From: Ignavibacteria bacterium
Lineage (GTDB): Bacteria; Bacteroidota; Ignavibacteria; Kapaibacteriales; UBA2268
Assembly: GCA_012518115.1 (NCBI GenBank)
Contig: JAAYTD010000005.1
Span: forward strand, 155-64,154
DNA length: 64,000 nt
Direction: 5' to 3'
Shown here piece after piece: positions 21,000 through 31,400 of the stretch (position 1 is the stretch's first letter; each line of letters opens with the position of its first letter). Made by a program: the position numbers and the translations under genes. The notes beneath the pieces were generated by a model. That model was not told the origin of the DNA, searched no databases, and was given only the letters and a program-made list of their open reading frames with translations.

Positions 21000-21236
21000 A
21001 TGAAAACTTTTCCAAACGATGCGAAAAAAATTTCTATAGTATTTATTTGTGACTTATGTCAAGAAGAAACACCTGTTGAAGCTTTTGAAGTACCGGCAGA
21101 AGGTGAAAAAATTATACGAGCAATTTGTCCTGTATGTTTTAAAGAATTTGATGTTAAAGTAATACGTAGAGACGGTAAAAGCTGGGTAGAAATTGAAGAT
21201 GTTGAAGAAGATGAAATTACAATAACTGTTGAATAA
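21000..21236 (+). CDS. Small acidic zinc-ribbon-like protein (CxxC...CxxC)
   Basis: CDLC and CPVC pairs; SD-like AAGGAG upstream; terminator downstream. Confidence 0.7.
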   Translation: MKTFPNDAKKISIVFICDLCQEETPVEAFEVPAEGEKIIRAICPVCFKEFDVKVIRRDGKSWVEIEDVEEDEITITVE

Positions 21237-21270
21237 TTTTATACCAATATTAAACATTTAGGTATTTCAC

Positions 21271-21309
21271 AACTCCTATACATAATATTAAGATAGGAGT
21301 TTTTTTTTA
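21271..21309 (+). terminator. Terminator after small zinc-ribbon gene
   Basis: AACTCCTAT...ATAGGAGTT plus T run. Confidence 0.7.
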
Positions 21310-21379
21310 TTATTTTTTGAAACAAGAACTCTGAAAGTACGTAAAAATATTTTTATAACTTAATTATAATTGTAAACTT

Positions 21380-23344
21380 ATGCAAAATTCTACGGACAAT
21401 TATCAAGGAAATTATTATTCTAACATTACTCCAAGTCCGAGACGCAAGCGTTCTAAATGGTGGATTCCATTAGTTATTGTTGTCTCTGTTATTGGTTTAT
21501 TTGTTATATCCACAATAGCTTTTTTCGGTTATATTATAAGTTCTTTGGATAGAACTCTTGTTACTGTTAATGATAACAGTGTGTTATATTTTGATTTATC
21601 ATCAATTCCAGAATATGAATTAGATACACCTTTTTCATTTTTCTTTAACAAAACTCCTAAAGCATCTTTTTTAGAAATAACTAACGCTATAAAGGCGGCT
21701 AAAGAAGATGATAGAATTAAAGGAATTTATTTTGAATTTTTATCTCCAACTAGCATATCGCAAGCTAAGGCAAATGAATTACAAGAAGCTTTGCAAGACT
21801 TCAAAGAAAGCGGAAAATTCATTTATTCATATATAGAAGTAAGCGATGAAAACGGATATTTTAATGCTTTACCTTCCGATTCTATTTTCATAGGTGAAGA
21901 AACAATGTTGCTTTTGAACGGATTTGGAATAACTTCCATATTTCCAAAAGGATTACTTGATAAAATAGGAGTAGAATTTGAAGTTGTTCAATGTGAAGAT
22001 TTTAAATCGGCGGGCGAAATTTATAAAAATAAAAAATTCAGCGATTCGGCGCGCTATCAAGAAAAAGTATTACTTTCTCAACATGAAGAAAATTTTATAA
22101 ACGCAGTTGAAAAATTTAGAAAAGTCTCCAAAGAAAACATTTTAAGCTGTTTTAACGAAGGTTTAATTTCTCCTAATGATGTTATTAATAAGAAGTTAGC
22201 CGATGTTATAATGGCACAATCCGATGTAAGACAATTTATAAAAAATAAAATAGAAGCAAAATCAACAGATAAAAAAGATGATAAAACTGAAAAAGTTGCA
22301 AAAGAAGATAACAAAAAATGTTGTCCTTACAAAACAGATGTAGCATCTTGTGACGAAGATCTAATTAGTATTGATAGATATGTACAAAGTCTAAATCAAA
22401 CTCAACCAAGTGAAAAAATTATTGATAAAAATAAAAATATAGCCATAATTTACGGTAATGGTCCTATTGTTTCGGAACGCTCCTACGAACTAACATCAGG
22501 AAATAGTCAAATGATAGTAGCTGATGAATTTGTTAAATATTTAAAAGAAGCTAGAGAAGATAAGTCTATAAATGCTATATTGTTAAGAATAAATAGTCCG
22601 GGTGGCTCAGTTATAGCTTCCGAAGCTATATATCAAGAAATCTTAAAAACAAGAAAAGTAAAACCTGTTTATGCTTCTATGGCTGATGTAGCAGCATCAG
22701 GTGGATATTATATAGCTATGGCTTGCGATACAATTATTGCTCATCCAAGGACAATAACTGGATCAATAGGAGTTATAGCTGCTTATCAAAATATGGAAAA
22801 ATTAGCTAAGAAGTTAGAGATTTCTATAGATACTATATCCACAGGAAACGGAAATCCATTTTTATTAAGTCCGTTTCTACCTTTGAAAAAAGATGATAAA
22901 AATATTATGACAAAACATGTTTTTGATACATATTCAAGATTTCTAACAAAAGTTGCTAAAGCAAGAAATAAATCATACGATGAAATTAGAGCTGTTGCAA
23001 AAGGTAGAGTATGGAGTGGAGAAGACGCTTATGATAAAGGATTAGTTGATGTTTTAGGTGGAATAGATGATGCTATAAAATTATTGAAAAAAAGAATAGA
23101 TGTAAAAGAAAATAAAAAAATTAAAATATACATGTATCCTAATGAATATCACTCAATTAGCAATCTTGTTGATCTTATTTCAAATATGCAAACAAAGAAA
23201 AATAGCATTGAAAACTTGATTATAGAAAGTAATATGATTCCTCAAGATATGCAAAATCAACTTAAATACAGTATGTTTTTAGCTCAATTAGCAAAAACTG
23301 AAAATACTTTGGTTGCTTTGCCATATTATCCTGAAATTAAATAA
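21380..23344 (+). CDS. sppA: Signal peptide peptidase SppA (67-kDa type)
   Basis: N-terminal TM; tandem S49 domains; FKSAGE, INSPGGS, AASGGYYIA, TITGSIGV, AKGRVWSG..A...GLVD.LGG. Confidence 0.93.
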   Translation: MQNSTDNYQGNYYSNITPSPRRKRSKWWIPLVIVVSVIGLFVISTIAFFGYIISSLDRTLVTVNDNSVLYFDLSSIPEYELDTPFSFFFNKTPKASFLEITNAIKAAKEDDRIKGIYFEFLSPTSISQAKANELQEALQDFKESGKFIYSYIEVSDENGYFNALPSDSIFIGEETMLLLNGFGITSIFPKGLLDKIGVEFEVVQCEDFKSAGEIYKNKKFSDSARYQEKVLLSQHEENFINAVEKFRKVSKENILSCFNEGLISPNDVINKKLADVIMAQSDVRQFIKNKIEAKSTDKKDDKTEKVAKEDNKKCCPYKTDVASCDEDLISIDRYVQSLNQTQPSEKIIDKNKNIAIIYGNGPIVSERSYELTSGNSQMIVADEFVKYLKEAREDKSINAILLRINSPGGSVIASEAIYQEILKTRKVKPVYASMADVAASGGYYIAMACDTIIAHPRTITGSIGVIAAYQNMEKLAKKLEISIDTISTGNGNPFLLSPFLPLKKDDKNIMTKHVFDTYSRFLTKVAKARNKSYDEIRAVAKGRVWSGEDAYDKGLVDVLGGIDDAIKLLKKRIDVKENKKIKIYMYPNEYHSISNLVDLISNMQTKKNSIENLIIESNMIPQDMQNQLKYSMFLAQLAKTENTLVALPYYPEIK

Positions 23345-23399
23345 ATAAAAATTTCCGCTTATTGAGCGAAGTTGAAACGACGAAACGAACACCCTTGTA

Positions 23400-23526
23400 C
23401 AAAAAAAGAGAGAATTGTTCCCTAGATCCTAGATTTATTCTCTCTTTTTTTATTATCTAGCTAATCCTTTTTCTTTTCAAAAACTAAAAATGATTGGATA
23501 GGTAAAAAATCAAAAGAATTAATTAG
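23400..23526. repeat. Left copy of direct repeat: bidirectional terminator plus remnant 3' end of methyltransferase gene
   Basis: Near-identical to 35197-35327. Minus strand 23461-23526 encodes LINSFDFLPIQSFLVFEKKKD*. Confidence 0.92.
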
Positions 23527-23615
23527 TAGAACCTTAAAAATGACTTGAAAATTTTTAAATTAAAATAGTTCATTTTTTAGTTGCATAAATCTGCAATATT
23601 TGTTATATTTGTAAT

Positions 23616-23623
23616 TATATTTG
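23616..23623 (+). promoter_or_regulatory. -7 promoter element (TATATTTG; second copy at 23604-23611) for the three-gene cassette
   Basis: Two tandem TAnnTTTG matches just upstream of the barrel gene. Confidence 0.5.
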
Positions 23624-23647
23624 CAATAATAAACCTTGCAGATAATT

Positions 23648-25399
23648 ATGTTAGAAAATTCCAAAAACAAGGACCAAGTTTCGGTGTTTTTTTCTTTAGA
23701 AAACACATTGAAACAAAAAGATGTTATTATTTTATTAATAGTAATAGCTATAATAAATTTTGCGTTTATTAGAAAGGAATTATATGCGCAAGATCTATCA
23801 CAACTGCCTTCTACAAATCCATTTAGCATTGGTGGGTCTATCGGAGTGAATTTATCTTCTTACGGTGCTGAAGGTATACAAAATAGATCTAAAAACTTTG
23901 ATTACTCTCTTCTTGGCTCATTAAATTTAAACATATATGGCATAAATATCCCTTTTAATGCTACTATAAGTGATCAAAATCGAAGCTTTACTCAGCCGTT
24001 TAACCAATATGGAGCAAGCCCTTATTACAAATGGGTAAAACTTCACGCCGGTTATAGAAATATTACTTTTTCTCCTTTTACTTTAGCAGGACATAGTTTT
24101 CTTGGCGGAGGTATTGAACTGACTCCTGGATCACTTCGTTTTGGAGCTGTGTACGGTAGATTTCTTCGTGCTTCTGAGGGAGATACAAATTCATATAGTT
24201 CCATAACTCCAGTATATAAAAGAATGGGTTATTCAGTTAAGTTAGGGTACGGCAGTGCTACAGATAACATAGATTTAATATTTTTAAATGCTTGGGACGA
24301 CAGTACTTCCATATCAAATCCTACTATTAAGAAGAATCTTAAGCCTGCCGAAAATAAAGTATTTGGTATCAGAAGCGCAAAATCTTTATGGAAAAATGTA
24401 TTTTTTGAGTTTGATGCAGCTGCAAGCCTATATACTATGGACTTAAGAGCTGATCCAATAATTGATTCTACTGCTGATCAAACATTGAAAAGCATTAATG
24501 AAATAATTAACATAAATTCTTCTTCGCAATTGACATCATCATTAGCTACTTCATTAATTTATAAAATCAAGTCTTTTGCTTGTCGGTTAAATTATAAGAG
24601 AATTGATCCTGATTATAAATCTATGGGAGCATATTATTCGGAATCAGATGTACAAAATATTACTTTTGCCCCGACATATTCAATGCTTAACAATACTTTG
24701 AGATTAGGAGGAAGTATAGGCTGGCAAACCGATAATTTGTCTAATCTGAAACGAAATTCAACAAATAGGCTGATTGGCTCATTTGATGCTTCTTATCAAG
24801 AGCAGACTTACGGAGTGAATTTACGCTATACTTCTTACGGAATTTCACAGTCAAAAGGATATTCTATGGTTATTGATACATTAAAGATATCCAGAGTAAA
24901 TCACAATCTTAACGCTACAGGAAGATATACATTAAATTTAAATTCTACCTCACATTTATTTTTACTTAATCTTGGTTATCAATCTTTGAATGATAATAAT
25001 GCTCTAACTGCACCTTCTTCAGAGACAAGTAACTATACAGCATTATTTAGTTATAATATGGCTATAAGTGAAATAGGGCTTACTCTATCATCTAATATTA
25101 ACTATATCCATTCTATTGTAGCTAATAATATTAACGACTTTTTGGGACCTGCAATTAATGCAACTTACTCTCCTAAATCTGACTATTCATTAGGAGCAGG
25201 GATCGCCTATCAATCGCAATCGTACAACAGTAACAAGGCTGCCGATATTATTAATTTACAGCTAAATGCTTCGTATAACATTACTAAAAATCATTCATTA
25301 AGATTAGACTGTAACTATTTAAATAACAATTCAAAAACCGAACAACCAAGTTTTTCTGAAGCAAGAATTAATCTTGGCTACATATATAATTTTTATTGA
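23648..25399 (+). CDS. Putative outer-membrane beta-barrel protein (cassette gene 1)
   Basis: Alternating amphipathic strands throughout, ending INLGYIYNFY. The best signal peptide begins at TTG 23708 (MKQKDVIILLIVIAIINFAFIRKELYA). Confidence 0.7.
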   Translation: MLENSKNKDQVSVFFSLENTLKQKDVIILLIVIAIINFAFIRKELYAQDLSQLPSTNPFSIGGSIGVNLSSYGAEGIQNRSKNFDYSLLGSLNLNIYGINIPFNATISDQNRSFTQPFNQYGASPYYKWVKLHAGYRNITFSPFTLAGHSFLGGGIELTPGSLRFGAVYGRFLRASEGDTNSYSSITPVYKRMGYSVKLGYGSATDNIDLIFLNAWDDSTSISNPTIKKNLKPAENKVFGIRSAKSLWKNVFFEFDAAASLYTMDLRADPIIDSTADQTLKSINEIININSSSQLTSSLATSLIYKIKSFACRLNYKRIDPDYKSMGAYYSESDVQNITFAPTYSMLNNTLRLGGSIGWQTDNLSNLKRNSTNRLIGSFDASYQEQTYGVNLRYTSYGISQSKGYSMVIDTLKISRVNHNLNATGRYTLNLNSTSHLFLLNLGYQSLNDNNALTAPSSETSNYTALFSYNMAISEIGLTLSSNINYIHSIVANNINDFLGPAINATYSPKSDYSLGAGIAYQSQSYNSNKAADIINLQLNASYNITKNHSLRLDCNYLNNNSKTEQPSFSEARINLGYIYNFY

Positions 25400-25433
25400 A
25401 ATAAATAATTAAAAATAAAAGGAGAAAATAATA

Positions 25434-28400
25434 ATGAGAAAATTTGTAAAAAATAATATATTCAGGATGAAATACCTTCATGTATTATTTTTTGTCCTGT
25501 TAATAAATATTCCGGCAATTTCGCAGGAATATCCAATTGAAGTTACTCTTCAGATTCCGCCACCGTATTCTCCATATATCGTAGATTACTTGAACGGCAC
25601 CCCTAATTCAGTAGCAATTATTAGAAATATTTCTAATAGCGAGCAGAAAATTAAATTTGTAGGTACAATTACAGGAGATAACGGAATAAAAATACAAACC
25701 AATGAGAATTATTCTCCTCTTCAACCTCTTGTTCTTAATCCTATGGAGACAAAAGTACTCAACAGTGCTACATTCAAGAATTATTATAAAGCTGATAATT
25801 TCGACGTTTCAGGCTTTGATAAAAATGAAATAATAAGGTTGGGCACTCTGCCTGAAGGTAATTATGATATTTGCTTTAAAGCTCTTGATTATTCAAGCGG
25901 TCAGCAGCTTTCTCAATCAGAGCCGATGGGTTGCATTAATATTCCTGTAGAATATGCTGACGTTCCGCAGCTAGTTATGCCGAGAGATTTAGATACACTT
26001 TACTCTATTCAAATGGCGCAACCCCCGACAGTTTTTACTTGGATAGCTCCTACTTCTCTATCGATGGGAAATTTTGAGTATAATTTACAGTTGTTGGAAA
26101 TGCCCGATGCTACTGCTGATCCGAACACGGTTATGGGCGCAGCAACACAATTTTTGATTGATCGCAAAACAAATGCAACATCATATATTACCACCCCTTC
26201 TGACCCTAAGTTTATTCCGGGGAAAATGTATGCTTGGAGAGTAGTTGTGAGCGATAAATTTAATAAAATTAAATTTAGGAATAATGGCATTAGCATCGCA
26301 TGGAAATTCTTTTATTTAGATCAAGTTGTTTCTTCAGGTTCTACTTCTGACACTTTAACTCCGGCTCTTGGTTCTTCTGATACCGATCCTAAAGCTTGCA
26401 ATATTAAAATTCTTGTGCCTGATATTGGAAATGTAAATGAAAATACTGAAGTACAGGAAAAGATTAAAATGCTGGAAAAGACCAAATTGCAGGAAAATAA
26501 ATTAGTACATCTAACTAATAATGAAAAAGTCAAGAAAAACTTTAATTTCAATGACAATATTCCTATAATTGCAGTTAATAATTTAAATGATTTTTATGTT
26601 ATGTGGGAAAATACTGCAAAGCCTGCAGAACACGAAAGCTATAAAATTAATATTTTTGATTTGCAGGATAATCTCATATTTTCTTATTTAAAAACAGATC
26701 TAAATGATACAAATTATTTGTTTGGCAAAATTCCTAATGTACACTTTTTACAGCGCAGTAAAAACGAAATGTATATGCTTAAGGATCAAGAATTATATAA
26801 TTTGCAGATTGTGCAAATTGAATCTGCGTCCGACAGCATAATTAATTTATCCGAAAAGCGTCAATTTAGATATGTTATTATGGCAGACAGTGTTTCGTCC
26901 AATAAAAAGATTTACAATATTAGCGGAAAAATAGTATATAAATTTCAAGACTCACCTGAGGAATATCCCGCAAATTTAGAAAACATTCAGTTGGAGAAAT
27001 TCATTATGATAAAGAATGCTACAACAGGCGCAATTATAGCAGATGGGATTTCTCCATTAAAGTACGGAATTACAGAAAAGAATACTATTACGATACCCGT
27101 AGATGAAGATGGTGCTTTTAATGCTCCGTTCAGCGCTGCTGATGGAAGTGGAGATATTAGCGAATTAATAAAGGGAACTCAAAACCAGTCATCTCAAAAT
27201 AAATCACCTGTAAATCAGACACCCAAGGACCAGTTAACTACAAACCTACATATCTATGGCGATAATAAATACTACGAATATTATGTTTTAAAACTTAACA
27301 ATCCGCACTATGTAGAACCAAATATTCGTGTAGAATTAAACTCCGATTCTATGCAGTTAGGCACAATCTCAACTTATGTATGGAGCTATACTCTGAAATT
27401 GAAAATTACTCAAGGGTACAAATACGGCAATTTAAAACTTACTGATTTTAAAGATTATGACTTTACTTGCGTAATGATAAGACCCAATTATACGCAACAG
27501 CATAGAAAGCAGATTCCATTTTATGAAGGTGATATAACTAAACCTGATCAATATGGTGATTTTGGGACGTATAAATATGTCTATGATCAAGGAGAGCAAT
27601 CAGGCAGAAAAGCGACTGTAACTCAGGAAAAAGATGAAAATGGGAAAATTCAAACATATCTTACATTTAAAAACTTATTGATAAATCTAAATGATGCAGA
27701 GAGATATGAAATTAAAATATACTCCAAGTATAAAAAACCTACAGCAATTGGAAAAGGACAAAATGGTGAAGGCACGCGAACATTGTCTTTTAAACCATCT
27801 ATTCACCACAAATTTTTAAGTGCAAATAATAAAAAATATAATTTCCATTTAAAGACTACTTGCAACCTTATTGTAGATGGCTATCCTACAGCAAGTTTGA
27901 GTGGAAAATTAGTATATAGAGACCCCGGAAATCCGAAAGCTACAATCAAGCCTATTGCTAATACTTGGATTGGACTTATTGTAACGTATTATGTGCAGGA
28001 CGCGAATAATAATAAAACTATACTTGACCCATATCACGTATTGCAAGAAGCAAAGGATAATAAAAATAAAGCTTGCCAGACCTGGGCGGGAAGTTTGACA
28101 AATCCAATTGAATATGCTGCTTCCGTTGATGATTCTCTTGAACATCCATTTAAAGATGGAAACACCCTAATCGCCTGGACATATACAAATAATGATGGCT
28201 CATTTCTCTTTAAAGATTTTAAACACTTAGATTCTCTTAAAACTTGGGATGAAAAAAGATATTTTGTATCCTCGGGTTCGCACGAATCTCAAGCAGGGGT
28301 TTACATTGACGGTAAAGTCGTTAGGACAGTTCGCTTAGTTTTCCCGAATTTTCAAAAGAAATATTTTTATGCACCGTCAAACGATATTCAAATTCAACCA

Positions 28401-31400
28401 TTTGATTCAATGGATGTAGGTACTTTAACAGCATATTTAAGGACTTACAATTTAACAGTTAAGCCTGTGAAAAGTTGTACAGATAATGAAGAAAAAGATA
28501 AAGGAGGGGCAATAAGAAAAGCCAAAGTTAAAATAGAGCGGAAATATGATATTCCTGATTATGAAGTAAAATTTCAATCCGATAAAATCGAATTAGGTGA
28601 AAAATATGTAGAAGGTGGAGACGGAGTTACTTTTTACGGATTGTTTATGCATAACAAAGGCAGCTTTAACGATGGATACAAAATTACTACAAAAACAAAT
28701 GACACAATAGGAGAATATTCGTATAAACCATCAGTTATAGAATTCCCTCGCGGATACGAAGAATGGAAAAAATCTTGCGATTATATTAATAAACCATATG
28801 ATAAATATAGTGAAGACAACAGAAATAAAAAATCTTTAGACAGTCTTTATGGCAGAAAAATAAGCGATTATTTATTTGTTGAAGATTATGTACCTATAAA
28901 CTATTCCATAAATGTTTATCTTGAACCGAAACAACCTATAATTTCCGGTAGAATATTGGATGCTTCTAATCCTATGCGCAGTGTAGAAAGTGGAGTTGTT
29001 GGTATTCGTCGGTATAAGCAAAATGGAGGACTTACTTTGGAATATAAAAATATTGGGGAGAATAAATATAACGGATATTTTGTATTCCAAAATTTAGAGA
29101 CTAGTCCAAAAGAGAAGTATAAATTGACAGTTGAGGCAAAAGGTTACTATTTATACGGTACAAAAGAAATTGATAAGAACGGCGACACAAGTGCTATGAA
29201 AAGCATTAACATAGGTAGCTATATTCCACAAGGGCAGAATGATTATATTACTCTATCTAAAGGACAACAGGTGCATTACGCTCAAATACTGATGATGCCG
29301 AAAGGTAGGATTACCGGTAAGATTATAGATGAAGATGGGAAACCGGTAAAATGTTATGTTCGTACAAGTCGCAGCAGTATGCAAGAAACTATTTTTAGTT
29401 TAATGGATTTTGTTGCTCAAGGAGCATCTCAGCGATTTTCACTTCGAGTACCTACCGGAGTATATGATACTTTATTTATTTTCCCTAAAGATTTGAAATA
29501 TTTTAATGATACAGTATTGATTAAACCACTGAAGGATGTTGTTGATGCTACGCTGGATATGGGTACGATCGTTGTAAAAGAGCGCCGGCACAGAATTGTA
29601 GTAAATGTATATAGAAAGAGCAATCCTGGGGAGAATAGCGCTCTGACCCATGTTTCCGATGTAGTACCTCTTTCTAATATTGAAGTAAAAATTCTTGATT
29701 ATAGGCAAACAACAAGTGGACATGGTAAAGCGGAATTTAACTTTAAAAATGCGTCTCAAAAGAATTTTTGGGTAAAAATTACTCCACCTAAAGGCTCTAT
29801 TTATATGCCAATGGAAGCAACTATTGAAAATGAAGAAAGTAAAACTAACACTACATACATTTTTACATTGAAAAAAGGCTTTACTGCAAAAGGAAAAGTA
29901 GAAATAAACAGTACAAACGGAAGTAAAATACCCGCTAAAAATGCAACTGTTTTTGCATCTTTTGGAGATATTCAAGTCAAAACTCAAACTGATTCCACAG
30001 GATATTATTCTCTGTACGGCATTCCTACAAGTATGGTAATTGATTTTCATCAAAAGAAAAGGTATCAACATGTGAAAATAAAATGTATCCCCAGTGAAAA
30101 TGATAAATCATCCGGTATTATGGGTTGTGATTCTGCAATTTATTTTGATATGAATTCTGAAGAAACGCCTAAAACAGTTGATTTTACTTTGGCAAGCTTT
30201 GATAAAGCAAATATTAGCAGACTAAATGGCTTTAATGTAAATATTTATTCTATAAAGCCAAAAGATGGTTATTCTGACAGATTTGATATCAGCGGAACAA
30301 TTGATTTAAATTCCGGATTAGATAATTTTACTCTGCTCGATACTGCCAAACTTATAAAATTTACTGATATGTACGTTAGTCTGTCCAAAGAAAAAGATAG
30401 AAACGGCAAGCCTTACCTCACGGTACCCGATAATGGCGGAACATTAGATATTGTGAGCTTAAGGACAGTACTAAAAGGAAATAAATCATTAATATTTTCT
30501 CACGCCACATACGATTATAATATTCTGATTAACCCGGCAGCAGACAATAAATTGAGAATAATTCGTATCGATGATAAATCTGGAAAAATAAGTGCAAAAG
30601 CCAGAATTGTAGATAACTCTTTCAATTTTCCCGGTAGCTATTTCCGCTTTAATGATGAACAGTTTTATCTTTCCGAAAAAACGGGAAATAATAGTTTTAG
30701 TCAGTATTTAGATGTTTTTTCTACTAATACTTCAAAAAAATCAAATTCCGGGACAGATAATACAAATTCCGGAATAAAGAATATAAATAAGAATATGAAT
30801 GTTGAGGTAAATAATACAAATTCTGTGATAAATAAGACAAGAGATAACTATTATTTCAGCGATGAACAGGGGAAAACTCTTAAATTTAAATTCCTGAATT
30901 TCAATGCTACTTCAGAGGAAAAAGAGAGTTATATTGATAATATAGGAAATATTACTATTAAGCCTGTAGCTAAATCTAATATTCGGCTTGATCCGACTAA
31001 TCCGAAATCGGTTAAAATAATTAAAGTAGATTTACCCTCTATAGTAATTAATTCGGAAGGAATTTCCTGTTCAGGCAAAATAAAGGAAATATCGATTGAT
31101 CTTGAGAAATGGAAAATTATTGCTCGTGATTGTGATGTATCGCCTGAATTAGGCGGGATTTATTCAACAAAAGCGAAAATTTCTACAGGTAGTTTAGATA
31201 TTGATATTGCTGAATTTAATTTACGAAGTGATTTTATGTTTCTTGGCAAGCCTAATTTATCATATTTACCTCTTGGCGATGTAAGCCGGATTAATATTAC
31301 TAAGGGATCACAAATATTTTTCGGTTTAGATCCTCGCTGTGGCAATGATTTAGGAACACATTACAAGCTAACTGTTTGCAATGAACGTTGTGCGGGATAT

